Positions 60,391-64,000 of a stretch of DNA of 64,000 nt are shown here, piece after piece; within the stretch, counting starts at the first letter, position 1, and each line of letters starts with the position of its first letter. Both the position numbers and the translations under genes were made by a program. The DNA lies in assembly GCA_965223325.1 (NCBI GenBank), contig CBDCWI010000001.1, positions 64,001 to 128,000 on the forward strand. Direction: 5' to 3'. The notes beneath the pieces were generated by a model. The model saw only the letters and a list, made by a program, of their open reading frames with translations. It ran no database searches and was not told where the DNA came from. Source of the stretch: Candidatus Multivoradales bacterium. GTDB taxonomy: Bacteria; Acidobacteriota; Thermoanaerobaculia; Multivoradales; Multivoraceae.

Positions 60391-62340
60391 ATGGAGCGAT
60401 TCGGGAAATACGAGATCCTGGAGAAAATCGGCGAAGGCGGATTTGGGATTATCTACAAAGGCTATGACCCGCTCATCAAGCGGACGGTAGCCATCAAGAC
60501 CTGTACCTCCGATGATCCGGAGATCCGTGACCGCTTCTTCCGCGAAGCGCAGATCTCGGGCAACCTGCAGCACCGCAACATCACGATCGTCTACGACTTC
60601 GGGATGGAGCGCAACATCCCGTACCTGATTCAGGAGTACCTGGGCGGTGAAGACTTGCATCGCAAGATCCGCCGCGGCGAGCAGATTCCCTTCGGAACGC
60701 AGCTCCTGCTCCTGATCCAGGCAGCGCGCGGTCTCCAGCACGCCCACCAGAACGGCGTCGTCCACCGCGACATCAAGCCCAGCAACGTTCGCATCCTCGA
60801 CGACGGGGTGGTCAAGATCATGGACTTCGGCATCGCCAAGGTGATGTCGAGCGAGGCCCTCACCCAGACCGGCGAGACCATTGGCACCGCCGCGTACCTC
60901 TCACCGGAACAGATCCGCGGTGAAGACATCGACCATCGGGCCGACATTTTTGCCTTCGGCACCCTCGCCTACGAGCTGATCTCCGGCCAGCGGGCGTTCG
61001 TCGGCGAGAACCCGTCGACGGTGCTCTACCAGGTCCTGTCGGCCGAGCCGCCAGCGCTCTCGAGCGTCGCGCCGCTCTGCCCGCCGGCGATGGAAGCGAT
61101 CGTCTCGCGCTGCCTCGAGAAGAACCCTGAGCGTCGCTATCCCGATTGCGGTCAACTCCTCGCCGATCTCGGAGCGCTGCTCGATCTCGGCGATGCGCCC
61201 CCCGCCGGGGTCACGGTCACCGGGTCGATCATCGCCCCGCCCTCGGCTCGTCCGTTGTCGGGCTCGATCCACACCGGCGCCACCATGCCTTTGACCCCGC
61301 GTTCGGCGACCGCGCTCGATGAGATACCCCTGGAAGGCTTCGGTTCTGCGCCCGACACCGATGTCCATCCCAGCCGCTCACGCACCCTTGGCGTTCTGAT
61401 GATGTTCCTGGTCGTCGCTGGCCTCGGTGCCGGTTCGTGGTGGTACTCGAAGGGCTATCGCCCCTCCTGGATACCCGCCACCGGCGCCAGTGCTGCCGCG
61501 ACCGTTGACGCCGCTGACGGGCTGGCGCCGGCTAGCGAGGCGCCGCCCCCAGCCATCCGCGGGACCCAGCTCGCCGACGGCCTTCCTGGAGACGACGCCG
61601 ACCCTCATGGCCAGCTCGGCCAGGACGACCGCGCCGACCTTGCTGCGCGCGCACCCGAAGGCCAGGTCTCGGAAGGCCAGGTCTCGGAAGGCCAGATCTC
61701 GGAGGGCCAGGTCTCGGAGGGCCAGATCACCGAAGATGAGCGGCTCGCGCGGTCCACCGAGCAGCCCGAAGGCAGTCACACCGAGGCCGACGTTTCTGGG
61801 ACCGACAGCGGTCAGGGCTCGTTTCGGCTCGTCGCGGCCTCCGACGCCGCCAGCACGAGAAGCGCCGCCGGCAGCGATCAGCAGCCGTTCGAGACGGTGG
61901 CCCTCGAACCGCTTTCCGAGGCGCCGCCCCCGGCCCGGCCGGCGACAACTCCTACGATTCGCGAGACCCAGGCGTCGTTCCGGGGCTTCCGCGAAACATC
62001 GAAACCAGGCGAGACGGCCAGCCAGCTGGAATTTGTGGCCACCCTTCCTGCCTTGTTGACCGTGCGGCAGAGCCCCGGGTCGAGGCCGGTCTGGGTCGTC
62101 GCCAATGGTCAGGCAATCGGCTGGACCCCGCTCCAGGACACCCAACTCGAGCCCGGAAACTACGACGTCGGGCTCTACGCCAGTCCCGATGATTCACAAT
62201 CTCTATACCGTGAACCCGTGCTTCTTCGGCCCGGATATGTCAAGGTTCTCACCTTCGACACCGGACGCCAGCTTCTGGCGGTGTCGGAGCGAGCGTGGGA
62301 TGGCACCCCGGGCACCGGTCCGGGGGCATCCGAGCCCTGA
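60391..62340 (+). CDS. Membrane Hanks-type Ser/Thr kinase with a C-terminal PEGA-like domain
   Basis: Start MERFGKYE. GEGGFG, HRDIKPSN, DFG, GTAAYLSPE, one TM, and GWTPL...LEPGNY. Confidence 0.92.
   Translation: MERFGKYEILEKIGEGGFGIIYKGYDPLIKRTVAIKTCTSDDPEIRDRFFREAQISGNLQHRNITIVYDFGMERNIPYLIQEYLGGEDLHRKIRRGEQIPFGTQLLLLIQAARGLQHAHQNGVVHRDIKPSNVRILDDGVVKIMDFGIAKVMSSEALTQTGETIGTAAYLSPEQIRGEDIDHRADIFAFGTLAYELISGQRAFVGENPSTVLYQVLSAEPPALSSVAPLCPPAMEAIVSRCLEKNPERRYPDCGQLLADLGALLDLGDAPPAGVTVTGSIIAPPSARPLSGSIHTGATMPLTPRSATALDEIPLEGFGSAPDTDVHPSRSRTLGVLMMFLVVAGLGAGSWWYSKGYRPSWIPATGASAAATVDAADGLAPASEAPPPAIRGTQLADGLPGDDADPHGQLGQDDRADLAARAPEGQVSEGQVSEGQISEGQVSEGQITEDERLARSTEQPEGSHTEADVSGTDSGQGSFRLVAASDAASTRSAAGSDQQPFETVALEPLSEAPPPARPATTPTIRETQASFRGFRETSKPGETASQLEFVATLPALLTVRQSPGSRPVWVVANGQAIGWTPLQDTQLEPGNYDVGLYASPDDSQSLYREPVLLRPGYVKVLTFDTGRQLLAVSERAWDGTPGTGPGASEP
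61657..61731 (+). repeat. In-frame 15-bp tandem repeat, 5 units, encoding EGQ(V/I)(S/T)
   Basis: GA(A/G)GGCCAG(G/A)TCTCG units. Confidence 0.85.
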
Positions 62341-62481
62341 GAGGGCTCTGTTCGATACCTCCTCCCACGTTCGTCCCGCAGGATCGACGAGTCCTTCGTC
62401 TTCTGCGCCCCGGCAGTCCGCCGCTCTCTACCCGCCCCGTCCCCTCCTCGCCCTTTCATCCCCTCCCTATCCCCCTTCCCC

Positions 62482-64000
62482 ATGATCGAGCTCACCTTCA
62501 AAAGGCGCCATCGCAGAGCGCCCCCAACACTCGTCGCCGGCCTGCTCCTCGCCTTTCTCATGACCGAGGCACCAGTCCTCGGCCAGGCTCCGACCACCGG
62601 CGCTGGCAACGAATCCCCCGCACAGCTCGCTCGGCGCGCCGCCGAGCGCTTCGCCGAAGATGACCTGCCCGGGGCGGTCGACTTCTACCGGCGCGCCGCG
62701 GCTGCCACCCGCGATATGAACGAACGCGCCAGCCTGCTGATCAACGCGGCCTGGCTCGAGCACCTGCAAAAGAAGAGCGAGAGCGCCTCGATCCTGCTTC
62801 GTCAGGCGCGCTCGGCCGCTCCCGACTTCCCGTTCGAACGATCGCTCTACGGCGCCGACTTCGTCGCGATGTGGGAGCAGGGCGCCGTACGGCGCGTTGA
62901 CCAGCGGCGCCGAGACGTTCTGCTCCTCATTCAGCAGGCGGTCCAGGCGATGACCAACGACCAAAACACCACCGCCCGCGACCTGCTCGATCGCGCGCTG
63001 CAGATCGATCCCAACGACTCCACAGCGCTCTACAACCGGGCACTGGTCGACGTACGCCTGGGTGAGTCAGAACTGGCGATCGCCAGGCTGCAGCAGATCA
63101 TTACCGCCGCCAACGCCTCGCGCATCGAGATCTCGAGTGTGCTGCTCGGTCGGACTCTCAACGAGCTCGGCGCCCTGCAGCTCGAAGCCGAGCTGCCCAG
63201 CGAAGCGATCGTCCAGCTCGAACGCTCCGTCGACCTGGCACCCGAGAACGGTGCGGCCTGGAACAACCTGGGCCTGGCACGCGAGCAGCTCGGGCAACCC
63301 GATCGCGCCGTCGTCGCCTACCGCGCCGCCATCGAAAGGCTCGGCGACCAGGCGACGTTGATCGCCAACCTGGGCCGCGCCCTGCGTTTGACCGGCGACC
63401 TGACCGGCGCCATCGACCGCCTGGTGCGCGCCACCGAGACCGACCCGCGAGCGGCGAGCGCCTACTACGAACTCGGCCAGGCGCGTCTCGACAAGAAACA
63501 ACCCGACCTGGCAGTGGCCGCCTTCGACCGCGCTCTCGACCTCGGCCTCGTTGACTCACAGAAGGTCCTCGCCCTCAAGTACCTGGCGCGCGCGCGCTAC
63601 GAAACGAAGAGCTGGGATCTGGCTGCCAAGGCTGCTCGCGAGGCGACCGAGATCGAGGCATCAGACCCGGCCGTCTGGAACTACCTCGGGATGGCCGAGC
63701 GCCAGCTCGGCAACTTCGACGAAGCGGTCAACGCCTTGACCCGTGCCACCAGCCTCGCCCCCGATCGCGCCGACCTGGCGAACAACCTCGGCGACGCCTA
63801 CTTCGCCGATCGGCGCTACCGCGAAGCGCAGAGCTCCTTTCAGCGCGCGCTCGACCTCGACCCAGGTTTTGGCGCTGCCGAGCGCAACCTGGCCCTGGTG
63901 CAGGCCCGCCTGGCGGCGGCGCCGCCGACCGACCGGGTCGCCAAGGCCAACCGCCGGCGGGCGGGTGAAGTGGTCGAAGACAACAGTCGTCGCGGACGGC
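62482..64000 (+). CDS. Secreted multi-TPR protein, 3'-truncated by the window edge
   Basis: Read manually; it is missing from the ORF track because no stop falls inside the window. Signal-like MIELTFKRRHRR...AGLLLAFL, then TPRs such as LQIDPNDSTALYNRA and LAPENGAAWNNLG. Confidence 0.85.
   Translation, partial: MIELTFKRRHRRAPPTLVAGLLLAFLMTEAPVLGQAPTTGAGNESPAQLARRAAERFAEDDLPGAVDFYRRAAAATRDMNERASLLINAAWLEHLQKKSESASILLRQARSAAPDFPFERSLYGADFVAMWEQGAVRRVDQRRRDVLLLIQQAVQAMTNDQNTTARDLLDRALQIDPNDSTALYNRALVDVRLGESELAIARLQQIITAANASRIEISSVLLGRTLNELGALQLEAELPSEAIVQLERSVDLAPENGAAWNNLGLAREQLGQPDRAVVAYRAAIERLGDQATLIANLGRALRLTGDLTGAIDRLVRATETDPRAASAYYELGQARLDKKQPDLAVAAFDRALDLGLVDSQKVLALKYLARARYETKSWDLAAKAAREATEIEASDPAVWNYLGMAERQLGNFDEAVNALTRATSLAPDRADLANNLGDAYFADRRYREAQSSFQRALDLDPGFGAAERNLALVQARLAAAPPTDRVAKANRRRAGEVVEDNSRRGR

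Overview
High-GC chromosomal window from a diderm bacterium; the gene set and protein styles suggest Acidobacteriota, possibly Thermoanaerobaculia-like (inference). Most of it is core genome: the 3' end of a group II intron; punA-lolC/E-lolD-clpC-bamA; hpt; birA-comEC-miaA-hfq; ECF sigma/anti-sigma-ybjQ-enoyl-CoA hydratase-romR-like-valS; SDR-prpE; two membrane Ser/Thr kinases; an NtrC-type regulator; htrA; rimP-nusA-infB-ylxP-rbfA-nrnA-truB-rpsO-pnp; hslO-larC-radC; speB-LOG; two transporters; and a TPR protein running off the end. The main unexplained signal is a dispersed quasi-palindromic repeat, consensus TTCCGCAG(T/C)CCCTGGCACC with core GTSCCWGGSAC. I counted about 25 copies by eye, 10 of them the exact 14-mer CAGTCCCTGGCACC. 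The repeat (i) flanks a RAYT/IS200-like Y1-HUH transposase gene between valS and birA, (ii) occurs in head-to-tail tandem duplications of 27-161 bp, and (iii) sits in frame inside several proteins, usually as (S/A)AVPGT, and encodes VPGT on both strands. This looks like a REP/RAYT-type system whose repeats enter coding sequence. Other leads: a MITE-like inverted repeat beside the intron, a DnaD-like unknown protein, a RomR-like regulator, a long structured rimP leader, an RGG tail on PNPase, and NrdR-box and DnaA-box-like sites before an Xis-HTH/receiver gene. Everything was read by eye; no searches were run.
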